From: a virus
Direction: 5' to 3' (one strand)
IMG/VR virus record: IMGVR_UViG_3300045988_142974
Span: 32,001 to 96,000 of that record
DNA: 64,000 nt
Under the pieces are notes generated by a model. The model did no database searches. It was not told the origin of the DNA and worked only from the letters and a program-made list of their open reading frames with translations. Made by a program: the position numbers and the translations under genes. Positions 27,679 through 36,765 of the stretch are shown here, piece by piece. Every line of letters starts with the position of its first letter. The stretch's first letter is position 1.

Positions 27679-28554
27679 TTACAAGGAAAACTCCGATTTT
27701 CTATTTGTGGTTATACGCTTTTTATTATATTTTTTATATCTTTTCAAGTCATTTTGTTTTCTACAATCATCGCAGTATAATCGTTTATTAGCTGTTTTTT
27801 CAATAATTCCACCACATCGTTTACAACGAGAATATTTATTATTGTGTCCACGCTTAACAGAGTAATAGTCTTTTTGGTAGTTTTGAAAATACGCATTTAA
27901 CGATCTATTGATGTACTTAACATAAAAATTATCTTCAGTAATAAAATCATAGTTATTTACAATCTGAGTCTTATCTTCATATTCTCCAATCAGTTTGCAA
28001 TTATCAAAACATTTTCTCAAAAATCCTTCAACAACCTTTTTATATTCATTCCAAGATAATATCATTTTCTCCTTTTGAAAACGTTGTTTGAGTTTTTCGG
28101 CTTCATCAATTACATCGTCAATAATACCAGTGGTTGTATTTGCATCCATCTCAGTTCCAGATAACCAATTGAAGTACATTAGCTTTGGTTTCTTTAATAA
28201 ATCCATGTACTCCTTATTGAGAATTACTTCTTTATCAAAATATCTTGTATAAATATTATTGATTTTCTGTCTGATAATAGCGCACCAATTTTCATCTTTA
28301 GTCATTGACTTGTAATATCTGTATTCAATTCCTGACCATGTATCAAATATTCGTCCAAGTTCTGTATCAAGTAAATCCTTTCTGACTTTAAAATGAATTG
28401 TTTTAATATATGTACGCCTTTTATTATCAGAAGCCCATATTGAGGAGCAGAACGAGTTGAATATCTCGTCCTTTACCTTATTATTCTCTGCTTCTTTGTA
28501 ATCTTCTATAATTTCATATAGAAATGTTTCATTACAGTCGTAAATATGTATCAC
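27679..28554 (-). CDS. hypothetical protein with C-terminal zinc ribbon, coupled to the RNA polymerase gene
   Basis: 291 aa. The GTG start overlaps the 3' end of 28532..31165 by 23 nt. CKRCGG...CDDC followed by a basic tail. Confidence 0.6.
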   Translation of the reverse strand: MIHIYDCNETFLYEIIEDYKEAENNKVKDEIFNSFCSSIWASDNKRRTYIKTIHFKVRKDLLDTELGRIFDTWSGIEYRYYKSMTKDENWCAIIRQKINNIYTRYFDKEVILNKEYMDLLKKPKLMYFNWLSGTEMDANTTTGIIDDVIDEAEKLKQRFQKEKMILSWNEYKKVVEGFLRKCFDNCKLIGEYEDKTQIVNNYDFITEDNFYVKYINRSLNAYFQNYQKDYYSVKRGHNNKYSRCKRCGGIIEKTANKRLYCDDCRKQNDLKRYKKYNKKRITTNRKSEFSL

Positions 28555-31165
28555 CTACCTCAAATTCATAGTATTTTCCAAGATATTCATATGAATTGTC
28601 CGTCTTATAAGGAACTTCTCTTATTGATATATTTCTTTTTGGATTCGTGTTATTCTTGAGATTTTCAATGATATAATCGCCATAAGCTGACCATGCAAGA
28701 GATTTGCTAATAGAAACAGAAGAGTAAGAAGCTTTAATAACATAGTTTGCTATAATATTTTCAGGCAATTCAATCTCATTTATGAGTTTCGTTTTATACT
28801 CATTTACGACTTCATCCATATTGAATTTATGGTCTTCATCATCCGACTTATCTCTATGTAGATTCAGATGCTGCTTAATATCAACCGCATACATATTTAT
28901 AAACTTCCTGCATTTCTTTAAGACTTTTCTATCAAACAAATCCAAATCATTATCAATAATTAAACATCTAGTATCAACCAAATCAATTTTATTATCCCAT
29001 AAGATATTTTTCTTTTCCCAAGTTTCAATATAATCACACAACTCATTCATAGGAGAAGGAGAGTGATATGCATTAAGATATTCTTTGTCCTCGTCAGAAG
29101 TATCTCTATTCTTTTTGATTATATTCATATAGGATTTCATTTTTTTAGGATAGTTATGAAGTAAGAAATATGGAAGCTGTTTAAGATGCTTTCTAAGACC
29201 TGAATTCATATGCCATCTGAATCCCGTTTTAAGGAAGTCAATTTCTTTGCCCTGAAAAATTCTTAGAAGAGAAGAGTAATCAGAATATAATTTTTGAATA
29301 TCTGGATTGGTCGTATATTTATTCTCTATACTTGTGGCAACATTAGTAATTTCACCAATACGATTATCTCTTGTCATTACTTCATACTCAATAAGATTCT
29401 CTTTTGTATATGGTTTTGATTGAGCGGTTACTTTGTCTTCAATATCAAGTATGATATGCTTATCTACCTTTGAATCAATAATGATAGGATCGTTGCTTAA
29501 ATAGAAAATATCACCATCAAAATCTGCGCCGCCTTGCTGTGGAGCTGATACATCATACATATTAAACATTACTACATCTTGGTCTTTAAAATAATCAAAC
29601 CATTTTGTAAGAATGTCATTTCGTACAATCTTAATCTTATTTACCTCTGATGGATCAACAAGCGGAGAACGGAATGAACAACAATATCCTGGTTCAAAAT
29701 TTGCTGTATATAATTCTCTTTCTCCAAGACAACCAACTGGTTCTTCACCAACGGCATACTGAAGATAACCAATCATATCACCAACACCTGTATGATAAAA
29801 CCCTGAACAATAAATTTTACCAACTTTTGCTTCATCAATAGACTTTTTGAGTTTTCTATAAATGAATTGCTTAACAGCAGGATCTTTTAACATAACATCA
29901 TTTACCAATGCAGCTTCAAGATATTTACTTTCTGGCTCATAATCTTCTGTATCAGTAATTCCCATGAATTTATATGTATAAAATTTATCACCTTTAATGA
30001 TTTTTTCATACATATTAGTGGTATATTTTGCAAGCTTAATGATTTTTCCATCATTCTTAGAATCTAATATGTCATAGTCCTTTTTTGTTTTATCTGTATA
30101 ACATTTGACATATTTATCATTCCAAAGATCCAGACATTGTAAATACTGAAAATTCATTCGTGTATATTTATTTAAATGCTTAATATGATGACTATATTTA
30201 CTGATACCAAGTTTGAATTCATACTTCCTAACAGTATTCATATATTCAATCCATGCGTTTTCACCATAAGTTGATTTAAAAATCTTATGCCCTTTAAACA
30301 TCGAAATATTCCAAATGCAATCTACATCATCAATATTATGAACATGCCCATAAATGTCAGTAATAGTGGTGTAACCCCATTCTTTAAGAATTTGTTTAAA
30401 TGGTACATATACAGAATATCCTTTAATAAATGGTAAACGTACCTGTGTTCCAATAACTTTGTAGTCTAATCCAAGTTGCTCACTCACAGTATTCATAAAG
30501 TTTTCTTCATGACAGCCACATCCGTCAAAAGGTGATAATCCAATATCTTTTAATCCTTCTTCAATTTCTCTGGTTTTATATTTCTTTTTCTTACCAGTAT
30601 TTTCATCAACAAATTCTTTTTCTCTTTCAACTACGTATTTAATAAGCTGATTTTTCAACGTTTTTTCATATTCACCTATAATTACAATATTAGGCATATA
30701 ATCTTTGATAAGAGTACATGAACTGAATGGTAAACATCTCTGAGCTTCGTACTTGGAAATAACACATTCATCAATTTTAATATCCATTTGAGTAATCAAA
30801 TATAACTCATCAAAAATTTCATCACATACAAATGCAGTAATTCCATCTTTACCTTGTGAAGCTGATTTGCCAAAACGAGAATAGTGAATTCCATTATATG
30901 TAAATCCATCATTTAGAATCTTTCTAAGTGATTCCTCTTGCTTTGGATTCTTCTTTGCAACAACCAACATAAGTTCACTTATATGAGATGATGATTCACC
31001 ACGAAGTCTCTGAATCTGATCAAATAAAGGAGAATCACCTTGCTTGATAAGATATTCTTTTTTGATTTCTGTATCTCTATTAATCTGAATATTAAAATCT
31101 CCATCAATAAGTTCTCTTATTGGGATTTTTACTAATGTATACTGTACCTTTTTTATAATTATCAC
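28532..31165 (-). CDS. YonO/RdRP-like single-subunit double-psi beta-barrel RNA polymerase
   Basis: VSAPQQGGADFDGDIFYLSNDP carries the universal DxDGD metal-binding motif. It is preceded by CCSFRSPLVDPSEV, the counterpart of the RNPxxHPGD strand of eukaryotic-type RdRPs. 877 aa, similar in size to SPbeta YonO. Confidence 0.75.
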   Translation of the reverse strand: MIIIKKVQYTLVKIPIRELIDGDFNIQINRDTEIKKEYLIKQGDSPLFDQIQRLRGESSSHISELMLVVAKKNPKQEESLRKILNDGFTYNGIHYSRFGKSASQGKDGITAFVCDEIFDELYLITQMDIKIDECVISKYEAQRCLPFSSCTLIKDYMPNIVIIGEYEKTLKNQLIKYVVEREKEFVDENTGKKKKYKTREIEEGLKDIGLSPFDGCGCHEENFMNTVSEQLGLDYKVIGTQVRLPFIKGYSVYVPFKQILKEWGYTTITDIYGHVHNIDDVDCIWNISMFKGHKIFKSTYGENAWIEYMNTVRKYEFKLGISKYSHHIKHLNKYTRMNFQYLQCLDLWNDKYVKCYTDKTKKDYDILDSKNDGKIIKLAKYTTNMYEKIIKGDKFYTYKFMGITDTEDYEPESKYLEAALVNDVMLKDPAVKQFIYRKLKKSIDEAKVGKIYCSGFYHTGVGDMIGYLQYAVGEEPVGCLGERELYTANFEPGYCCSFRSPLVDPSEVNKIKIVRNDILTKWFDYFKDQDVVMFNMYDVSAPQQGGADFDGDIFYLSNDPIIIDSKVDKHIILDIEDKVTAQSKPYTKENLIEYEVMTRDNRIGEITNVATSIENKYTTNPDIQKLYSDYSSLLRIFQGKEIDFLKTGFRWHMNSGLRKHLKQLPYFLLHNYPKKMKSYMNIIKKNRDTSDEDKEYLNAYHSPSPMNELCDYIETWEKKNILWDNKIDLVDTRCLIIDNDLDLFDRKVLKKCRKFINMYAVDIKQHLNLHRDKSDDEDHKFNMDEVVNEYKTKLINEIELPENIIANYVIKASYSSVSISKSLAWSAYGDYIIENLKNNTNPKRNISIREVPYKTDNSYEYLGKYYEFEVGDTYLRL

Positions 31166-31168
31166 CTC

Positions 31169-31597
31169 TTATTCATAAAATTCTGGAAATGTTTTTCTAA
31201 AATAATTATCAGACATTCTAAAATATTTATCATAGCCATCAAAATAATTATATTTCTGCTGCATTTTAAACTCTTTGAACATAGGAAAGAAGTGATTTAA
31301 CATAGAGTCAGAATATATATCTGTTTTAAAAATTCTTCGACACATAACTTCACCTGGATTTACATTTAACCTACCAGACATAACCATTTGGTCAGACAAA
31401 AATTGCTTATACACAATATCTAAACTGATATTATATCCATCTTTCTTAGAAATACCATACTTAATAACGTGGCGATTACCATCTTCTTCATCAAATACAG
31501 TTGTATGACAGTCAGGACAGATAGATGTCACATAATTCATATCATCTATTTTAATTAATTTGTGTCCACAAATAGGACAGATAGTTGTTTTGTTCAT
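31169..31597 (-). CDS. zinc-ribbon protein
   Basis: ATG 31597 lies 7 nt after AGGAGG. MNKTTICPICGHKLIK...CPDCHTT. It sits immediately upstream of the RNAP gene. Confidence 0.6.
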   Translation of the reverse strand: MNKTTICPICGHKLIKIDDMNYVTSICPDCHTTVFDEEDGNRHVIKYGISKKDGYNISLDIVYKQFLSDQMVMSGRLNVNPGEVMCRRIFKTDIYSDSMLNHFFPMFKEFKMQQKYNYFDGYDKYFRMSDNYFRKTFPEFYE

Positions 31598-31706
31598 ATA
31601 AAATCCTCCTAAAATAATTCTTATACTTTTATATTCTCTTTTCATTTCATAGAAATCTATTTATTTATCATGAAAACAAATGAAATGAAATTTCTAATTC
31701 TTATTT

Positions 31707-31946
31707 TCAATCAAAACAATTACTGTTTTCCATTTCTTTGACTTCATAACCAAGCCAATCAATTACGAAATCAATACCTGGAATACAGTCTCTATGTATA
31801 TATTGCCCTTCATAATTACACAAAAATTCTTCGCCATCGTAAATACCTTCTTTGCAGTAACAACAACTGAAATTAGTTTTCGGTGGCACAAAATTTGGGC
31901 AACCAGTTTCATGTCCATTAATTCTTCCACAATATTCACAACCCAT
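31707..31946 (-). CDS. small Cys-rich (zinc-binding?) protein
   Basis: 79 aa with CEYCG..HETGC..CCYC..HRDC. AAGGAG 8 nt upstream. Confidence 0.6.
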   Translation of the reverse strand: MGCEYCGRINGHETGCPNFVPPKTNFSCCYCKEGIYDGEEFLCNYEGQYIHRDCIPGIDFVIDWLGYEVKEMENSNCFD

Positions 31947-31970
31947 TTAAAAAATCTCCTTCTTTATATC

Positions 31971-32384
31971 TTATAATTCTTCATATGCATATCCATCATT
32001 TGTTGTATAGTATATATGCCGTATCCCTAAATCCTTAATTGCAGCCATACAACTTGGACAAGGACGAGCCATACCAAAAGTACAACATTTTCGATTTCTA
32101 AAAATATACAATTTAACCTTGTGAAAATTAACATCTAAATGTCTTATGGAATTCAAACAATTAATTTCAGCATGTAGACTTGGATTAATTTCATTGTCAT
32201 CCCAAGAATTACGAAAACGATTGTAGTATTTTTGAATCGGATGAGTCTTTTTGGTATTGCAACCAACTCCTATAATGCTATTTTGGTATACTGCAACACA
32301 TCCTATATGAACTTTATAAAAATCTGAAACATGTGCTATTTTCTTTGCCTTCTCAAAATGTTTATAATCTGATTTACTCAACAT
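31971..32384 (-). CDS. dCMP/cytidine deaminase family zinc enzyme
   Basis: HAEINCL (H-A-E) and PCPSCMAAI (PCxxC) at the canonical spacing. 137 aa. Confidence 0.85.
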   Translation of the reverse strand: MLSKSDYKHFEKAKKIAHVSDFYKVHIGCVAVYQNSIIGVGCNTKKTHPIQKYYNRFRNSWDDNEINPSLHAEINCLNSIRHLDVNFHKVKLYIFRNRKCCTFGMARPCPSCMAAIKDLGIRHIYYTTNDGYAYEEL

Positions 32385-32697
32385 TTAATCTTTCTCTTTC
32401 ATATAAGGCATTTCCTCGCTCAAAACATTCAAGCTCATATTTTGTGCGATTAATGTAATAAGTAAAATCAGTATTTTCAATATACTTAAGAATTTCCATA
32501 CATAATTCTTTTTTGTTATCTGTTTCAACTCTAAGTGTTAAATCTATAAGATCGTATCTATCAATTTCATTCTTCTTAATAAATAGAGTGGTGTTATACA
32601 ATCTTTTTTCTTTGTCCCATCTGCTCATAGCGAGAATAGAGTATCCATTATGTAAATCCACAACTATACTAGTATCTGCAATTATTTCATATCTCAT
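32374..32697 (-). CDS. hypothetical protein
   Basis: 107 aa, overlapping its neighbours within the operon. Confidence 0.6.
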   Translation of the reverse strand: MRYEIIADTSIVVDLHNGYSILAMSRWDKEKRLYNTTLFIKKNEIDRYDLIDLTLRVETDNKKELCMEILKYIENTDFTYYINRTKYELECFERGNALYERERLNVE

Positions 32698-32699
32698 TA

Positions 32700-32909
32700 T
32701 TATCTTTCCTCCATTTTTCTAGCATCTCTAACATCACATTCTTTTTTTCTATCTTGGTCAAATTTCCAATCATGGATCAATCGGTCTGACAAACTTAAAT
32801 TTGTTCCACCAAAATCAGCTTCACATAGTTTTGGATAACATACTAAATTAGCCTTTCTTTTAAGCTCTATTGTTCTTGTCAATACATGATTCTGTGTTTC
32901 CTTTGTCAT
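32700..32909 (-). CDS. hypothetical small protein
   Basis: 69 aa, ATG at 32909 with GGAGAA upstream. Confidence 0.55.
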   Translation of the reverse strand: MTKETQNHVLTRTIELKRKANLVCYPKLCEADFGGTNLSLSDRLIHDWKFDQDRKKECDVRDARKMEER

Positions 32910-33045
32910 AAATTATTGTTCTCCTTGTTAAATAAAATTTTGTGTTCATATCATCGCTCCTTAGTGTGTGATACGTGTTTAATTGTTACATTTATATATT
33001 CCCTTATTATGAAAAGGTTTTATTAAAAAATTTAAATGTGAGGGT

Positions 33046-33073
33046 TTGTTCTAATTCACCGATATGGTATAAT
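33046..33073 (+). promoter_or_regulatory. sigma-A-type promoter with extended -10, driving the small plus-strand peptide operon
   Basis: TTGTTC, a 16-nt spacer, then TGgTATAAT. Confidence 0.55.
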
Positions 33074-33152
33074 CATTAAGATGTGTATATACACTTGTAA
33101 CTCATTAACTAAAGTCACGACTGATTCTTATATCAGGTACGGAGGTGTGATT

Positions 33153-33236
33153 ATGCACATTAAAAATAGTGAAATCTATAATCTTTCCTATTGTGATAGT
33201 GTTTTATTGCGAAAGGAGGATTGTAGATATTGCTAA
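33153..33236 (+). CDS. 27-aa upstream peptide (leader-like)
   Basis: ATG 7 nt after GGAGG. MHIKNSEIYNLSYCDSVLLRKEDCRYC. Its last codons contain the SD and start of the next ORF. Confidence 0.35.
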   Translation: MHIKNSEIYNLSYCDSVLLRKEDCRYC

Positions 33237-33391
33237 CTATTATTCTTACACCAGCTGTTATAATCGCAGTTTTGAATCTTGTTAAATATTGTGTGAAGTG
33301 TTTTACACAATACAAAGAATTGAAGCTACTTGTAACTTCAGGAAAAGAACGTGTCGCCATCACGAAAAATGGCATATCATATAAGAAATAG
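33230..33391 (+). CDS. 53-aa membrane peptide (type I toxin-like or holin-like)
   Basis: TTG 10 nt after AAAGGAGG. LTIILTPAVIIAVLNLVKYCV (TM helix) followed by a Lys-rich tail. Opposite strand to all neighbouring genes. Confidence 0.45.
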   Translation: MLTIILTPAVIIAVLNLVKYCVKCFTQYKELKLLVTSGKERVAITKNGISYKK

Positions 33392-33446
33392 AATATAGTA
33401 GGTACGTGAATTACTATTGTATTCATTTCTTATAGCAACTTATTAA

Positions 33447-33470
33447 TTCTAATTCACCAGTGAATTAGAA
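33447..33470. terminator. perfect 10-bp hairpin (bidirectional terminator candidate)
   Basis: TTCTAATTCA-ccag-TGAATTAGAA. It lies between the peptide ORF and the 3' end of the convergent gene 33557..34342. Confidence 0.5.
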
Positions 33471-33556
33471 GCCTCACTGCAAATTGGAGTGTTTAGCGTA
33501 ACACTCATTGCGCAAATTTATGGTAAAGAGATATTGTCGTAGGGGATAGTATCTCT

Positions 33557-34342
33557 TTATGCTCTTAATTTATTATTCTCCAAAATTTCTATCTGTTTTT
33601 TGATTTCCTCACATGGATCATATTTATTATCAATCCTTTGTCCATGTTCATCATTAATAAAATGTCTGTAATCAGCAAATACCTTTGGAGTAGTGGCGTA
33701 TTTTTCTTTGCCATTCTTAATATATTTTTCTCTCTTCATGTGCTGGCATTTTACAATTTTAAGTTCTTCCAAAATATCAACTATGCGACTGACATATCTT
33801 TCAGAAAGTCCAATATCTTCTGAAATAGTCTTAAAATATCTATAACAACATAGTGGTTTGCCATCCATTCGATTCAAATTAACACGAATATAAGAGAGTA
33901 CAAGTAGAATATAAGCTGATGATATTCTTGCAGTATCAATCTCTTTATCCTTCAATTCTTCTTTGAAATTTAATATTGTATCCAACTCATCAAAATAAAT
34001 AATTCCAAACTTATCAGGCACATCGAATTTGTCTATGTTCAATTTTACTTGCTGATATTTAACCGAATTGGTCTTTTCTTTTAGACATTTCCCAAAATCT
34101 GGACATGATTCAAAGTATCCATAATGAGAGAGAAGTGATAAAACTTCATAATATTTCTGATTTATCTTTCCATCTCTGTAGTTAGGTTTCAATTTAGACC
34201 AGCGGCAAAGTTCTGTTGTAGAAAATGCCACTGTGTCATCAAGTGAACGCCTTGCACAAAGATATGAGAAGATTATTACACGTTTAGACGAGAGATCTTT
34301 ATCATAGATGATTTCTCGTGGGATTTTTACATAGTTTGGCAA
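33557..34342 (-). CDS. RepA_N-like replication initiator candidate (winged-helix)
   Basis: The N-terminus YVKIPREIIYDKDLSSKRVIIFSYLCARRSLDD..TELCRW follows the RepA_N pattern of Bacillota plasmids. A C-terminal wHTH-like DIGLSERYVSRIVDILEELKIV is present. Confidence 0.45.
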   Translation of the reverse strand: MPNYVKIPREIIYDKDLSSKRVIIFSYLCARRSLDDTVAFSTTELCRWSKLKPNYRDGKINQKYYEVLSLLSHYGYFESCPDFGKCLKEKTNSVKYQQVKLNIDKFDVPDKFGIIYFDELDTILNFKEELKDKEIDTARISSAYILLVLSYIRVNLNRMDGKPLCCYRYFKTISEDIGLSERYVSRIVDILEELKIVKCQHMKREKYIKNGKEKYATTPKVFADYRHFINDEHGQRIDNKYDPCEEIKKQIEILENNKLRA

Positions 34343-34358
34343 GACGTATCACCTCACC

Positions 34359-35240
34359 TTAATCTACATAAAGCTGACAAGCAATCTTTAACAAAACATT
34401 TCCTTGTTGCATATCATTAACTATAAAGTCAACCTTTGGATAATTCCAATCAGGATGTTCAAGATTATTTTCTTTGAATTTTTTATCTGCCTTTTCCCAA
34501 TCTTTATAAAAATTAGGAAATGTCTTTGAAAATTCTTTATACATTGGAGTCCATTTAGCAGAACTATTCATACCACAAATTCGCTTTACCTCTTCTTTAT
34601 AATCTTCTACTCTTTTTACAGAAACATTTTTTCGAGCAATCTTATATTCTTTTTCTTTTTTTTCATATCTGATAATAGACTCCCTTATCTCATCTTGATT
34701 ACTCTCAAAATATGTAATAATATCTTTACTAAATGTGATTTTTTTCTTTTTTTTCTTTAGAATATGAATATAATTAAGCAATTCTTTATCTACAGATTCA
34801 TCAAAAATTGACTTAATAAAATACGAGTTTCTAAATTCGTTAATTTTCATATCGAAAATTCCATGCTCATATAAATAATATTTAAGATTAGTAGGAGCAA
34901 ACCCTGGAATATTTAACTCTCTACATAAAGTACGAATATCAAAAATATCATTGACTTCTGATGGTTTGAGTTCTGAATTATTTAAGTTATTGACAGTAAT
35001 TTCATCTTTTTTCTGTTCTTCTAAGATAGAAATTCTCTCAAGCAAATTCTTAATAGCTTTATTGATTTCGTTATTTTCTTCTTTATGTTTTAAATTGTAA
35101 TTATTAAGATCCAAATGAAGTTTGTTTACTTCTGCTTGAATTTCTTTATTTACAAATTGATTGATTATTCCTGTCTCATTGGTTGTAGACTCATCTACAA
35201 TTCTTTTGACATCCTGTTCATTTACAATAAGTTTACCCAT
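34359..35240 (-). CDS. coiled-coil protein, function unknown
   Basis: 293 aa. The N-terminal half has heptad-rich repeats. Its start overlaps the stop of the ParB-like gene. Confidence 0.6.
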   Translation of the reverse strand: MGKLIVNEQDVKRIVDESTTNETGIINQFVNKEIQAEVNKLHLDLNNYNLKHKEENNEINKAIKNLLERISILEEQKKDEITVNNLNNSELKPSEVNDIFDIRTLCRELNIPGFAPTNLKYYLYEHGIFDMKINEFRNSYFIKSIFDESVDKELLNYIHILKKKKKKITFSKDIITYFESNQDEIRESIIRYEKKEKEYKIARKNVSVKRVEDYKEEVKRICGMNSSAKWTPMYKEFSKTFPNFYKDWEKADKKFKENNLEHPDWNYPKVDFIVNDMQQGNVLLKIACQLYVD

Positions 35241-36400
35241 TAGTTCAATTCCTCCATATCAATTATATTTTTATTTGTAGTAACACCGATTGTTTCAGCC
35301 ATTGTTTCGCACCAATCATTCACCATATATATAATATTCTCTAAATTTTTTCTTAAAGCTGTATTATCTTTTATAACAGGTAGAATTTTGGAATATCTTA
35401 ATGGCGATAGAGTAGTAGATAATAATTTTTCTATTTCATTTACAAGAGTTGTAATGTCTTTTGAAATCTCAATAACGTTATAATCTCCACTTGGATCTAA
35501 ATTCAAAGTTGCTATATCATTTTTCAATTTTATGTATTCTTCGGATTCTTTTTTATATGATTGCAAAAGACTTTCACTAGATTCATTAGAAGATTTTAAT
35601 GTACTATTCATAATTTCCAAGTTATTGATTTTCGTCTTTAAGTTAGAAATTTGGGACATAGCTTCTTTATATTTATTCTCTAAATCATAATCAGTTTTAT
35701 CAATTATTTTTTCTTTGGCAGATTGTGATTTTAGCTGATTTATCTCGTTGATATATTTTTGAACTTCATTTTTAGTGATTTTCTTAGTTGTGTCCATAGA
35801 AGATATAAGTTCAATTTGTTCATCTTCAGATAGAGAAGCAATTAAATCAGAAGCAACAGTTTTTGAAATTATTCCATCATCAAGAAGTTGTTTCATTGGT
35901 TCTGTAAGATTTCGTTCAATGGATAAAGCTCTTGTGAGATTTGTCTTTGAAGTTCCTAATTGTTTAGCAATTTCATCAAGAGATAATTTAGAATTCCCAA
36001 CTTGGGAATTCTTCTCACGACCATTTCCAATTTCACCATGTTTATATCCACACAGTTTTACATACTCAACTGCAACTTTTCTCTGCTTTTTATCATCATT
36101 TTTACTTCTTCCAAAATTAGCAGCAAGCAAAACCTTTAGTTTTTTATCTTCATCAATTAAATCTTCTCTGATTCTAATTGGTACTATTTTTATTCCAAGT
36201 TCTTTTGCAGCTTTATAACGCTGATGTCCTGAAATAATAGTCATATCAGGTGAAACAATAATTTCCGAAATAATACCTTCTTCTTTTATAGAATTTTTAA
36301 ATTCTTCATACTCAGAACCAGAAATATCATCAAAAAATTCGGTATTACGTGGATGCACCTTTAAAATATCAATAGACACATTCGTTATTTCTTTACCCAT
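35240..36400 (-). CDS. ParB/Srx-fold N-terminal domain protein with HTH and coiled-coil tail
   Basis: ILKVHPRNTEFFDD...IISGHQRYKAAKELGIKIVPIRI (ParB-like nuclease/CTPase box), followed by the HTH SLDEIAKQLGTSKTNLTRALSI. Confidence 0.8.
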   Translation of the reverse strand: MGKEITNVSIDILKVHPRNTEFFDDISGSEYEEFKNSIKEEGIISEIIVSPDMTIISGHQRYKAAKELGIKIVPIRIREDLIDEDKKLKVLLAANFGRSKNDDKKQRKVAVEYVKLCGYKHGEIGNGREKNSQVGNSKLSLDEIAKQLGTSKTNLTRALSIERNLTEPMKQLLDDGIISKTVASDLIASLSEDEQIELISSMDTTKKITKNEVQKYINEINQLKSQSAKEKIIDKTDYDLENKYKEAMSQISNLKTKINNLEIMNSTLKSSNESSESLLQSYKKESEEYIKLKNDIATLNLDPSGDYNVIEISKDITTLVNEIEKLLSTTLSPLRYSKILPVIKDNTALRKNLENIIYMVNDWCETMAETIGVTTNKNIIDMEELN

Positions 36401-36533
36401 TTTCTTTCCTTTCTTCTAAAACATAATTTACAGTTACAATTTGTGAGATGAGATAATAAGTGATTCAATAATATATTCTCCATTTGAATTCACAAAAACA
36501 TTAAAAGTTGCACTTGCATGAAATTGTTATAAA

Positions 36534-36765
36534 TTCATTTAGGTACATACAGCATGTACCCAAAAGTGAAAATTTACTTCATTTGGGTACATCCTAGCTA
36601 TCAATTTTGTGCAGTCTATATCTATATAGACTCATATTATCAAGAGAAGAATATTACGCTTGTATTTCGCTTACGCTTCATACAAGCTCTTTAATTTTTT
36701 GTTTGATTGTTATTGGTTGATTTAGATATATGGTGTTTTGGATTGATGGTTTCATTTGGGTACAT
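36534..36765. repeat. 15-bp repeats TTCATTTrGGTACAT (three direct, one inverted) upstream of the ParB-like gene
   Basis: Direct copies at 36534-36548, 36578-36592 and 36751-36765. An inverted core lies at 36554-36566, forming the palindrome GGTACAT-acagc-ATGTACC. A further palindrome AGTCTATAT-c-TATATAGACT lies at 36613-36631. Confidence 0.75.

Noticed and set aside
33160-33426. Minus-strand ORF 33160..33426 (88 aa).
   Set aside because: It has no SD. It lies exactly antisense to a plus-strand promoter/SD/peptide arrangement that explains the region better, and its composition is not protein-like.
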